DNA of 64,000 nt from Balanoglossus misakiensis (Eukaryota; Animalia; Hemichordata), in contig CM082596.2 of the NCBI GenBank assembly GCA_040954595.2, forward strand, positions 3,028,656 to 3,092,655. The letters are read 5' to 3'. Shown here in pieces: positions 1 through 21,336 of this stretch. The position numbers were made by a program, and so were the translations under genes. Below the pieces are notes generated by a model. That model saw only the letters and a program-made list of their open reading frames with translations. It was not told the DNA's origin and did no database searches. The first letter of the stretch is position 1. Each line of letters begins with the position of its first letter.

Positions 1-305
1 GCTAATTAAAAGTTGGAAAGTACGTTGTAAAGTAAAGGCCGAGTGGAAAGCAGCCGGCAACTCCACACATTGATTTTTTTTTGCCGTCTTTTTTAAAATT
101 TGGATTCACATTTGTTTAGTATGTATGTAATTACCTGTAGAGATGTGGAGAGCTATTGGTTCGTGTGATTTGGGATACTTCCTGACTAGCGATTCAGAAC
201 ACGCGCCATCGATTTGAAAGAAAACAACATGCCATGCTGATGGTCAAACAAAAGTCACCTTTGGACCCCCCCCCAAAAAAAAAGACCAAATGGTTCACTC
301 CTTAC

Positions 306-9902
<9,597 letters not shown>

Positions 9903-12900
9903 AGTTCTGCAACACGCCTCGATCAAACAATGGATTCGTACAGTCTCTGATCAATGTCAACCAGCTGATGATGTAAACTACCGACCATGCGACCAGTTTT
10001 AATACACTTTTTCTCCGACAGTGCAGTATACATGTATCTAGCCGCCCCAATTACGCTAAAAGCATTACGGCGCATGCGTTTACATCTGCCAATACTGACA
10101 ACGCAGTTTTGCAATTGTATATAAAAAAACACTTTCCAACAAAATTGAAGTTACCTTAGAATATAAATATGACAGGGCAAGGTGAATATGTTTACCGCTC
10201 ACGAAAATTCGTCGATTTTTAAGCATATCACGGTTATATAGTTTGTGCCTTACAAATACAATCTGCCAACGCGATTCCTACAGTAAATGGGATATCTGCG
10301 AAGTTTTCGGAGTGGACCAAAATACTAAAACATACATGAAAACCAACAAGGTAAGATCTGGGGAGGGGGCGTGAATAGTGGCGTTTGGATATTGTCCATA
10401 TGCGCATGACAGCTCGTTTAAAAAAATCAAATCATTTTTTGACATGTCCAACAAATTTTTTATCGACCTTTATTATTGCGGTGAAATGAGGCTGGCTTAA
10501 TAGACCTCCACTGTACACGCCTACGGAGTCGATATTTCGATACAAGTTATTATTAATTACAATGCAGTCTGTGACCACTGACGACCATCTGATGTGTGTT
10601 TTCAATGCCAGGTCAGCTGCAGCATCGAGGTGAAAGATCCAGCGTGAATATCAGTCAACTAATAAATAGTTGTCGGTTTTGGTGACGTATGTGTCTTTCT
10701 AACACAAAACTTTATCATGATTTTTTGGGGGGGGGGATCATCAATGCCCTGGATTGAATTTTTGGGGATTTAGGCAATTTTTAGACTTGTTAATTTTCTT
10801 GCTAAGACCCTGGATGATGATAGGTTGGGTGAAAATTGGATACGTTTTGAGGAGGCGGTCACACGAAACCGTGCGCAAAAAGGTGACGGTATTCTGCAAA
10901 TGGGCGAATGTAATTTTAGAGAGAAAATTAAACTTAGCGAAAGAACGAAGATAGATTGCTATTCTGTGAAAAATTCTATAACTCTCGTCATCGTTTTTAG
11001 TAGGAGACTGGGTCACGTGAGTTACGCTTTCAAAACTATTCAAGAAAATGTAGAAGGAAAACCGCGCCACCGTCAGACGCTTATCTGACTTTTAGTCCAA
11101 ACCATGCGTCACCATCAAACCCGTGAATGCAGCATTTTTTCATGTCAAAATGTCGGTGTATAAACATGTTTTTTATGCGTTTTCATCAAAACCGTTACTT
11201 TAAGTTTTGGACCGAATAGACGAATTTCTACTGCCTACAGGTCTTGATCAAATCTTTACTAAAATGTGGAAAAAGTTTATACGAGGGCAAATTTATGAAC
11301 ATTGACGACAAGTTGACTTTGGCGTACGCGTTGAAAGTGGCCCACGGCGAAACCAGTACGGTGTGACCTTGCCAAAACGGTATAGTGTCAATGAACGTGT
11401 GTAAACTGTAAAATTAACAACTCGACAACGCCAGGAACAGCGCCGAGACGCAAGAAAGGCGTAGCGACAAGACAGCAGATAATCTCACGCTTCCGGCAGA
11501 AAGTCACTTAAGACCGATCCCATTCCGGTAATCTGATGATATCGATACATGATCTATGCTATGCGTACATACAATGACACTTGCAGACTTAAAGACTCGC
11601 GGTGCAATGACTAATATACTGCGGGAAGCTGCATGTGCTCGGTCGGGTTAAAAAACTACCGCAGTTTCGGTCACAGCACTAAACATCGTGCCGTCAGTAC
11701 TTCCATTGAAATTTCGCTGTTTAAAAAAAAGTAGAATTCAGTTTCCATAGTTACCAGTGTCGATAGAAAGATGTACGTAGGTGTAACTCTAACCGTGCCC
11801 TCCAGCAGAAAGACTGATATATTTGTGCGATTTCTGGTTCACCTAACACTGGCTTCCCGCAGTCAGAATTTGAAAAGACAGATTCTGAGTATCTTAAATG
11901 ATAGATTTATATTAAAAGTGACTAGTACATTTTAAATGTCACCCTTAGCGTAAAATGTGCTTCACCCACCCCAATACAGTTCCACTTTTAAATATTTAAG
12001 CAGACGTTAAAACTGAATCACGTTTCCCCGGCTCTCACTTTGCCATTATTATTTCATCCGAATACAATATGTCTATCACGTTAATAAATCGCATTTTCGA
12101 ATTTTCAAAATGGCCCATTTAATCACCAAATATCCTAATCTCTTAGCCATTGCTGGGATTACACTAGCAACGTTTATTGGAATTTATTTCGTTTTGTTAT
12201 ATTTGTCGAGTTGTTGTTTTATCATTTTAAAAAATCATGAGATATAATGCACAGAGCCATCGTAAATCGTTCGCGTATGCAGCGTACATTAAAACTAAGG
12301 CTTTGGTTTATTTCTATGCAGCAATTGTGTTTTTAGTTCAGTGAAGCTACACAAGTTCAAGCGTGGCCCGGGTCATTCAGAGTATCAGAGATACACAGAA
12401 AAAAACACCATGAATTTCAATGCCGGCGATAAATGTATACAGCCCACTTTCGGTTTAATTTCAAAACATGGAGATGGTAGGACGTGTTCCGCAGGCAAAA
12501 CCATACAAAAGCACGAGAGATGCATTAAACATGGCCCATCAAATGTTTCTCCGCACAAACAACATCAACGCAATGATTTTTACAGCAGTACTCAAGTTGA
12601 ACCCTGTCTTTCCAGAAGTCACGCGAAAACAGCCGTGGAGGTAGTAAGCCGACAAATGGAATATTTTACCGAATGTTTTTTCCGGCTTGAGCTATTAAAT
12701 TTTTTACTATATGTGGGCGATTGATAGTGTGACTGCTTTACCGACGGCTATCAATTTTATCTATTGTGTCATCACGGTCCTGATATCGGATTCCGTGGAG
12801 GTGATTTTACATGTACTTTCACCTGGGGGCGCTTTCGACTCGAGAAAAAAGGGACCCCCAGCAATAAGTGAAGTCTGCCGTTGGAAATCGGAATTCGTCG

Positions 12901-13516
12901 CATTTTAAAACGCTCGCGCCCCAAACGACTTCCTCAGTTGAATGTGTTATAGTTTATATTCACCCCTTTGAACGGTTGTCGCCACTGCCGAACACTCTAT
13001 ATGGACTGATATCGCGATCGTTATGTTGGCAAACAGGCGGATATATCTCCGTCTCTGTTTGTCATAACGACTAAGTCTGTTTACAATAGCCAAAGTCGTA
13101 ACGCGGGAGTCAAAGCAACTTTTAATCAGACCGCCGTGATCTGTGAACGAGACGAGCTTGAATGCATGCATACAGCATACGATCGGTGTGATTCGCTGTT
13201 GAATCACTTTGTGCAATGTTCTGGCGCATAACAAAGGTTTCCTGTTGGAAAACTCTCTACGCGGTGCCGGCAGTCTGCGCACGCGAATTCTATTAACAAT
13301 TATCTCACTATAAGCAAAGATTCGCCTGGAGATGATGTTGCGCGAAACCTTAAAGGAGAATGGTCGCATGGCAACGCTCGTGAGCGAATGGGGAGGGGCG
13401 GGGGGATTGGCGGGCTTCTTGTTTCAAATCATTTATGAAAGCGCTAACAGTACGCCTTACCTATAATCTAGACTGTCTGTTCTGTAATGCCATTCGGTAC
13501 TCGAACATTGTAGTGG

Positions 13517-13575
13517 TATCATCATCATCATCATCATCGTCATCGTCGTCGTCGTCGTCACCACCATCATCATCA
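13517..13575. repeat. (ATC/GTC)n trinucleotide microsatellite
   Basis: atcatcatc...gtcgtcgtc...catcatca; it accounts for the spurious poly-Asp ORF 13461-13724. Confidence 0.9.
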
Positions 13576-14726
13576 GTGCCAGCATAGATTGCCAATGTTT
13601 CTAGAAAAAGACCGAAAAGAGAAAAAAACATGTAATTTAATAAACTATTTCCAAAAGATTTTCCCAGATGTCTATTCCAGATTCTGTTGTGCCATTTCCA
13701 GTGGCTTTCATACAAGAAATCCATTCACACTTTACGCTATAAAAATTATACATTTGTTACTATTGCGGATGAGGCTTCTTAGAAATTGCGACCACAAAGT
13801 ACGACACTAACAACTTCTGCCGGCGCACCTTTCAGGTACGAACACCCCAATCCTTTTCCGCTGATTCGGGTCGAACTCTCACCCGCACTTTAATGGTCAG
13901 TAAGTTCCCCGTCACGGTCACAAGCATTCGGTCATGCGGGTATAGGGGGCGCTACTTCAAGATTGGCAAACGGGATTTGGAAGAACTGTGGGTTTGAGGA
14001 AACTATGCGCTTGGAGCGAGAAACAAATCCACTTCGAAAAACAAGGCAAGAATAAAAATGGAATTATACTTCTGCATCCTTCACCTGTCGTGAATCAAAG
14101 ACTGAAACAAATCGTTTTCATATTATCGTATATCGGGCAACACTTCCACATTTCTGCTCCACCACGGCACCGAGACTCCCGCAAGTAATAAACTGATCTA
14201 TATTTGATAAAGATATCCCAACGAACACCGTCAATCGTGACAAAGTGATACTGGTATTAAAATACTGAAAACGGCGATCGGAAGAAACTTGTTGTACAAC
14301 TGTGAAAGGTAACATATCCGACTGTTGTCGGTGAAATCTAAAGTTGTCCACTGTATCTTGTTGCATTGTTATTGCGCATTTATATGCTGTATTATATTTC
14401 CAACCGCCTTCACAGACATTTCCGTTCTATGTCCTGCTAAAAGATTGGAGACAATTTGCAGATTTTACAAAGAGGCTCAGTACAAGGAGGGGGTTCTATC
14501 CGTAAAGATCATGGTGCCAGGCTGATTCCGTTTTAATCAGTGTTAGCATATTGGTAAACAAATATGCAAAAATCAATACCTATAAACTTGACAAGCACGG
14601 TGTGATTTGAAAAGCTGGAAACTACTCCACGTAGGTCTGAACAAAAACCCCCTTCATTTTGGGGGGAAGTTGTTCCGTGTGGATACGTACGCAGTTTCAG
14701 TGACCTGACAACCTTTGACCCCGGCC

Positions 14727-15010
14727 GGGTATTCCCCCAGTTTTTCACGTTCGCAGAAGTGCACATGTCCTTGGAACGGTCGCACGTACTTGGGAAGGAA
14801 TTTATTGCCGTCTTCCAGATCGACTGCCATCATGAACGGAACACGACCCCGATGTGTGATTTAATAGGAGAGATCTTATTCCTGCAGAGTGATGTAGTAC
14901 AATAATTTAATTTCCGTCACGTGGCGCTGCAGCTGTGTTCATTCCATCTGATCGTGGGGTAATACCTACATGGTAAATACGTGTTATGGATGTGGGCGGG
15001 CGGGTTTCCC
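14727..15010 (+). promoter_or_regulatory. Proximal NF-kB-like sites and GC box upstream of the PDZ/IL-1-like ORF
   Basis: GGGTATTCCC (14727-14736) and GGGCGGGCGGGTTTCCC (ending at 15010); each kB-like site is one mismatch from GGGRNWYYCC. Confidence 0.45.
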
Positions 15011-15095
15011 TTCTCTATTTTTAGTCCATTAGTAATGATTCACCTAGGAGATATACTAGTATTAACGATACCAACCAAGGCAGACACAGTACAGA

Positions 15096-16163
15096 ATGCA
15101 TAGAGGGTACACAAGAAACGCCAACGTAACAATGCCGGAGAATATGGAGAGACCCGAAGTGCCAGTGGCTGAACAGCTAGAACCAGCAATTGACAGCGGT
15201 TATGGACCACTCAAGTGGATTAAGGGCATATTGAGACAAGTATCCCAGCACGACTCGGTGGAAAAGGAAGAGTCGCCCAGCGACGATGGTGGTGACGATG
15301 ACGGCGCGTTGGTAAGGCTACAGTTGCCCACTACGCCGGTGATTGAATTCGGAGCCACCATCACGGGGAAGAAGCACCGGGTGTTCGACGTTGTGCCGGG
15401 AAGCTACGCCGATGAACTGAAACTCAAGCCCGATGACGAACTAGCGGTGTTGAACGGACTCGACTTAACCGACCTGCCATCTCAGGAAGTTGGCCGGCTA
15501 TTTCGGCGCGCGCATGACGAAGTTCAACTTGTCATCCGACGACGAGGCGGTACCGTTCAGTGCGGGTTCCTCGCGAGTGGCCTGCGGCAAGGGCATGACG
15601 AGATCGGCGTGAAAGTGTCATGCCCGCACTTCCAAGAGAACATCATCCAGACACTCGAATGTTCCCCTACGCTGAAACCCAAGAAAATCTACACGGCGTA
15701 CGTGAAGAGCATCTCCCGTTCCAACGAGCGGAGGACTGACTGTTGTCTGAAAGCACAGAGCGGAAAGGTCGTAGCCACGCCCGTCAGAAACGGTCAGGAA
15801 CAGTGGCACAAGGTCAGACTGCACACCTATCAGAGTTTCACCGTCACCGAGGGAATCTGTTGCGTTCTGGAGATCGGGCCGAACAAGAAGACCATCGCCT
15901 GCCGCCGAGACGCGAGAACGAACGAACCGATCGTGTACCTCAGCGCTGATATGAGCGACGCCAAAAGCGTGTGTGACAAGAGGATTTTCATCAAGAAAAT
16001 CACAGACGGCCGAACGCTGTTCAAATCGGCAACACAGCCAAATGTCTACCTGTACATCGACGGTGAAAACCTCACCGCTAGACAGATTCCAGACGCTAGC
16101 GACATTGACAACCATTCCAGATTTGACGTGTGTCCAATCAAGAACAGGGAACTGCGCCGGTAA
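15096..16163 (+). CDS. Intronless leaderless protein with a PDZ domain (aa ~72-149) and a probable interleukin-1-family beta-trefoil (aa ~196-347)
   Basis: 355-aa GC-rich ORF, the longest in the window. PDZ pattern: EFGATITG..RVFDVVPGSYADELKLKPDDELAVLNG...VQLVIRR. The C-terminal KRIFIKKITDGRTLFKSATQPNVYLYID resembles the IL-1 family signature F-x-S-x6-F/Y-L preceded by RF(L/V)F. No signal peptide. AATAAA at 16782-16787. Confidence 0.8.
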   Translation: MHRGYTRNANVTMPENMERPEVPVAEQLEPAIDSGYGPLKWIKGILRQVSQHDSVEKEESPSDDGGDDDGALVRLQLPTTPVIEFGATITGKKHRVFDVVPGSYADELKLKPDDELAVLNGLDLTDLPSQEVGRLFRRAHDEVQLVIRRRGGTVQCGFLASGLRQGHDEIGVKVSCPHFQENIIQTLECSPTLKPKKIYTAYVKSISRSNERRTDCCLKAQSGKVVATPVRNGQEQWHKVRLHTYQSFTVTEGICCVLEIGPNKKTIACRRDARTNEPIVYLSADMSDAKSVCDKRIFIKKITDGRTLFKSATQPNVYLYIDGENLTARQIPDASDIDNHSRFDVCPIKNRELRR

Positions 16164-16859
16164 CTTGGGTATCGTGATGGAAAACGAACTTGTATTTTGC
16201 AAACTCAAAACCGCGGCACAGTTAGTGCTTACGTCGTCTAGAGAGGTCTTTGCGAAAAGCCTCTTTTAAGTAGTTCATGCTATGCATGTTGATCAGTTTC
16301 TTTCTGAAAATGATCAAGTTTGTCCAAATTGGGCATATTTATTTTGTGGAACGCTTTCTCAACTATTCTAAATACTAGTACGCGAACAGTAGAACTCGTA
16401 AACTGACATGTACATGTAAAACTTTTTATATTTAATATATTTTAACGTACGACAATATATTTATGATAAACTACGTACTGAAATAGCCGTTGTTGGGACA
16501 TTTCTACCCAAGAGGTTTTCTTCTGTATATTTTGGTTCACAAGATTTAAGTTTTTGTCACATTTTTGTCCTGCCTGGAGCATAACACATACATGTACTTT
16601 GTCTTTTTATACAGATATCTGTTTAGCGATTTTTTTAATTTGCTGCTATTCAAAGTATTGTGATTGTGTATTTATTCTACTGAGGTGCTTTGGTTCAAAT
16701 CATGTTTTTAGGGAGAGTGAGGTCGACAATTATGTAAAGAAGACCATGTCCTTATAGGCTTTCCTCTTGGTGATAACATTTAATAAAAGGTCTTGTCAAC
16801 GTTCAAGTACTCAGCACCTGTGCGCCTCATTTGCCTGTACATCCACCGCTCTAACACTG

Positions 16860-16901
16860 AGGACGAAATCTATCAGAAACAGGACGAAATCTATCAGAAA
16901 C
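16860..16901. repeat. 21-bp direct tandem duplication
   Basis: AGGACGAAATCTATCAGAAAC occurs twice in tandem. Confidence 0.9.
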
Positions 16902-17051
16902 AGACATCATTTTCGCAACGGACACCTCAATGGAGAAATGTACATCACAGCAGAGAAATGGACTACGCGTGCGCCCACGTGTGCCTCGAGTATGTCTCTT
17001 AACTAACAAACAACAGGCCGTTGAACTGCAATTGACGGAATGGGGAACAAA

Positions 17052-17836
17052 CGGAAAATCCCGGGGAAACACGTACGAGTAATGCCGTATCGGAAAACCC
17101 TTGTTAAGCGTCATATAAAGCGTGGGTGATGGAGGCGACCGTTAAATCGTGACGTGTTAGGTATGCCCTACGTTCGTCCATGAGCAGCCCGGCTGACGCA
17201 TTGTGACAGTACGGGGTCAGCTCTGCAAAACTCACAAAAGGTAGAGTGAAAAGCAGCCGGTTCCTATGACGTGGGCGTACTTTCTCTGAACGTCACATGA
17301 GCATCACAAGCAGGCTTGTATCAGGTTATGGGGAATTCCCCACTTTCACTTGTCACAAGCTGCGATGATGGTGTTGACTGTTGTTTAGAATGTTTGGTAC
17401 ATAACAAAATCTCGTTCATAAAAGAAGAGTTTCGTCCTGTAACCTTGAGGATTCAAACTAAAGTCTGGGAGTGGGTCGTGTGGTATTTTCACTCGGCCAA
17501 CGGGGCACTTGAAACATCGAACACTCAGGATACGCCCTCAACAGTTCAACAAAGCAGTGTGTTGCGGCATGGCTTTGCCCGGGGGTGCTGCGCAGCGTCG
17601 CCGGCCTGCCAAACAAGCTTCCCCACAGCCCGAGCAAGTTGGTTGGAACCATAATCCCTGCATTGCAATTTTAATAACTTATTATACGTTTCTTCAAGCA
17701 CTTGAATGATATAATTAACTGAATAAGTTTGTGGCCAAGCTGCACAGTCATTGCTTGGTAATCAAAGATTGTACGACAGGGTACGATTCGTGATACTGAT
17801 AGTTAAACAAACATTATTCGACACTGAGGAAATTCC
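17052..17836. promoter_or_regulatory. Cluster of NF-kB motifs plus an IRF-like motif downstream of the PDZ/IL-1-like gene
   Basis: GGAAAATCCC at 17053-17062 (perfect kB on the minus strand), GGAAAACCC at 17092-17100, palindromic GGGGAATTCCCC at 17330-17341 followed directly by ACTTTCACTT (AAGTGAAAGT on the minus strand), and GGAAATTCC at 17828-17836. Confidence 0.55.
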
Positions 17837-19952
17837 TTTGGCTGACTTCGTGCAAAACTTCAGACGTTGACGCTGGGGTGGAATCTATGGTGTCACAACC
17901 TCTTTTCAAGTTTTTATAAACCACAATGCGCACTCTCCGGGCGATGCTTCTGTCGTTTACGTGTGTCGAAGTACTTGTGTATTGATTCATTGACGTGACT
18001 CTTCAGCGCACATGTAGTGTTTACAACGGGGCGTGTTTCAAATTGTTGTGTTGATTGGTGACGTGTGTACCGCGTTGTAATTTGCCCGGATTGTGTTTAG
18101 GGTGATTTGTATACAGTCGCCATAGTGACCCCGGCCGTGTGTTTTCATATGCTAATGAGCCCGCATAAGTAATCAATTCGAGATTGTTTCCGTCGGGTTA
18201 ACGTCTCCTACAGAGCCCGGGCCTGTCGTGATATAGTCCTTTCATAAATCGAACGGGATTGCCCTCTTGGTAGGTAAGTGAACGGGTTTGAAACTTGCGG
18301 TCTAGTCTGTGAAACTTTCAGCATAATTTGGCTTCAGTTTGACAAGCTAGTGCAAGGACGACCAAGTTTGCTGTGATATGTCCACAGCGCCAGAATGGTC
18401 CACTGTGTCCGACCATAGTACTCCCAGCTGTATAGTCCACGGAGGATTACAGTGGACACAGGGTGACTGTGCAAGTTTGTGTGGGCTTGATAATTGGATT
18501 GCGATTCAGAATGACACCTGGTAGGGGGGAACAAGGTCGAGCCCGGATATTAGTATTTTAAAAGTTTTGCAGTGGATTCTACATAAACTTCGGGTTTTTG
18601 GGATACTCTATGTGAAAATTGGCCAGTAAAACAGGGCTTCGTGGTTCAGTCTATTTACATTGCAACGGCAGACTTGACAGTCGACAGAGGACGTGTTGAG
18701 GTGAACGTACGTACCAGGTTGGAAGCCACCGTCAAGTTTAATAAATTTTTCCACGACGAAAGACAGTTGCATGCCGGGAGTATTCTCAGTCACACGGCCG
18801 GGCAGTCGACAGACGATACCTCACTGCCATGTTTCGGTGTCAGTGCACATTCCTTCAGTTTCCAGTAATCCCAGTGAATATCTTTACTCGTCTCCACAAT
18901 GACATGGCACAATCAGAGCCCCTCTTGTTGGCAAAATGCTTCACAACAGGTCTAATCATGTGTTTCTTAATTTATCACCTAAAACATCCTCGAGATAGCC
19001 AATAACCCTGGATCTAAAACTCGTGCGCCAAGTCAAGAGGGAGGTGCACCACATATTGTCGAGTGCGTTCTAATTTTATCACATTGATTAATCAATTAAG
19101 AGAGTGGTCATTAACTTGTGGTCTCAAACTGCCCCTTTGGGACCAAGGAAGTTGTGTGGCTTCATCGTGTTCGAGCGCAGTCCGCTGAAGGCCGCACATC
19201 GCCACGGCTAACTATATTTACCCTATCGTACATATCTTAAAACAGCAGACTACATTGAGCGAATGTTGTCACTGTACCGAGGAAGCAGATATTTTTTTGT
19301 GTGTCATCATATGCTACACAGTATGGGGACAGGCATGACAATTGCCTGTGTTCACACACAAGTCTTGAGTTGTTCCAAGGCTGGGCACACTGGGCACCCG
19401 GCCTTGTACTCAACATCAAGCGTTGTGACGTGACCGATAGCAGGATTCCCAGTTCGAAACACTTTCACCGACTTATTGCTATTAGCTGAAAAGATTAAAA
19501 GAAATTAACATAAAAAACAGCGTTGCTTATGTAACGCGAGGGACTGTCGGTTTCACTCATCAAAAGTTGTTTTAGTTCTAAAGCAGAGAAATGCAGCTGT
19601 ATGTTGCCATGTTCGACAATTTTGGGAAGGGGTTTGGTTGGGGCGGATTCAGATTTGTCACTTATCCCGTAAATATCAAAAGATATCTTAAGACTTATTC
19701 GATGAGTGGTTATGGCGGTCTAAACTTTCCCTAACGAAGACCACAGTCCCTCAAGAAAGACGGACACTTGATATCAACGTTTGGGGACTAAACTTTTGAA
19801 TGAATAGAGACGCGTCACGACAAAAAAAAAGTCAGTGAGCGTCAAAAGCAGGAAATGAAAAAGTAGAACTCGGAAACAATAAATTACGTACGCGCTCAAA
19901 CAATATTGAAGTATTTTGCTATAAAATGAATGCAGGCAGCAAAAAATAAGAG

Positions 19953-20024
19953 TTCCCTAGCCGGGAATCGAACCCGGGCCTTGTGGGTGAAAGCCACATA
20001 TCCTAGCCACTAGACCACTAGGGA
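19953..20024 (-). tRNA. tRNA-Glu (anticodon TTC)
   Basis: 72-nt TCCCTAGTGGTCTAGTGGCTAGGATATGTGGCTTTCACCCACAAGGCCCGGGTTCGATTCCCGGCTAGGGAA. Acceptor stem TCCCTAG/CTAGGGA, anticodon arm TGTGG-CTTTCAC-CCACA, T-loop TTCGATT, and a T6 Pol III terminator at 19946-19941. Confidence 0.97.
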
Positions 20025-21336
20025 GAACATGCTGAAGACGAGTCAGCATTGCTTCATATAAACGACGCCGGGTCGCATAGATCGAAGTTCACGGCTAACG
20101 CATTAGTGAATAATGTGGTCATACGACACTGCGCGGACTGAGAAGTTAATTTGGAAGGAACTGAAAAATGTGCGCCGGGTTTCAAAGTGTTTAAAAGCAT
20201 TTGTGCGTTTCAATGCAATATACATACATGTATATGAAAATTGAAATATGCATAATTGCCGTACGCGCACGACGCGTACAGTCAAAACCACTCAGAAAGT
20301 TATATTTCTCGCGTTTTACAAGTAATATATATGTTACAGATAGACACATTGATTTATGCGTCGGGGCTTGGCCGGAATCATAGGTCAACAACTATGACTC
20401 TTACAGACGGAGTGATTACATGTATTTTAACATCTGTAGTACGATTGTGTCGTGGGTGTCGATGGGCTTTTTCGCGTTAAAATTACCATATTCACTTGGG
20501 GGTGCGAAACAAACTAATTAACATTATTAAACTTAAATTAGTACTTCACTACATTTTGTTAGCTCAGAAACTTGTAGTATCAGTACATATACTTCTTTTC
20601 CGCCTACAGTTTGGGGACAACCAGCACACAGCCAATCTACATAGTCGGTTGCGGATCCGTTTTCTGACGTGACGTCATAAATCCGGAGGCTATATCTCAA
20701 ATCCTATCAACAGACAACGAGAATAAATCGGAGATTTAATATTGACTCGCTCGATCGATAGGAGTTCAACGGCCCCGGGCAGCGTAGGAATGCGGGCAGA
20801 TTAACGCAATACTAGTAACAAGGCAATCGTGATTGTGCGCATAAAAATCACAGCACACCCGATCTCAGTGTCCAACCGCCAGCACACGTCATTAAAGTTA
20901 TCCCGCATATTTGAATTGACGTCAGAATTCGATAGAAAAGTTGCTCAGGTTCCTCAGCAAAAGTAAGCCACAAAGCACATGGAAACATTTATGGGATAAG
21001 GAAGAGTTTCGAATTCGGGGCTGGGCTAACGTGATCCTGTATACACAGTTCAAAGAGAGACACGAAACAAAATTTCCTGAAATGTATGAATTACGCAATA
21101 ATGAAGTCCATGCATGATGCAGACTTGGAGCAAGTCTAGCATTAATAGCTGAGAGCCGGCAGTGAAAACTGCGCAAACTTTAATTATTTATGCGCATGGT
21201 GGAATTATGAATTTTTCAACACAACGCGACCAAGGGCGGCTGACCAAACTATGAAATAACGAGAACCATTCATCATTCATTGTGTCTTGCAGGTGGGGAG
21301 ACGAGAATAAGTGGTTTGATAATAGAACCGGTCGAC

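Noticed and set aside
10740-12910. Possible transposon remnants upstream of the GPCR
   Set aside because: No terminal inverted repeats, target-site duplications or transposase/reverse transcriptase motifs could be identified by eye.
13461-13724. ORF with a poly-Asp tract
   Set aside because: Produced by the (ATC/GTC)n microsatellite; no other coding features.
15618-16208. 196-aa antisense ORF over the IL-1-like gene
   Set aside because: Shadow ORF of a GC-rich coding strand with no recognisable motifs.
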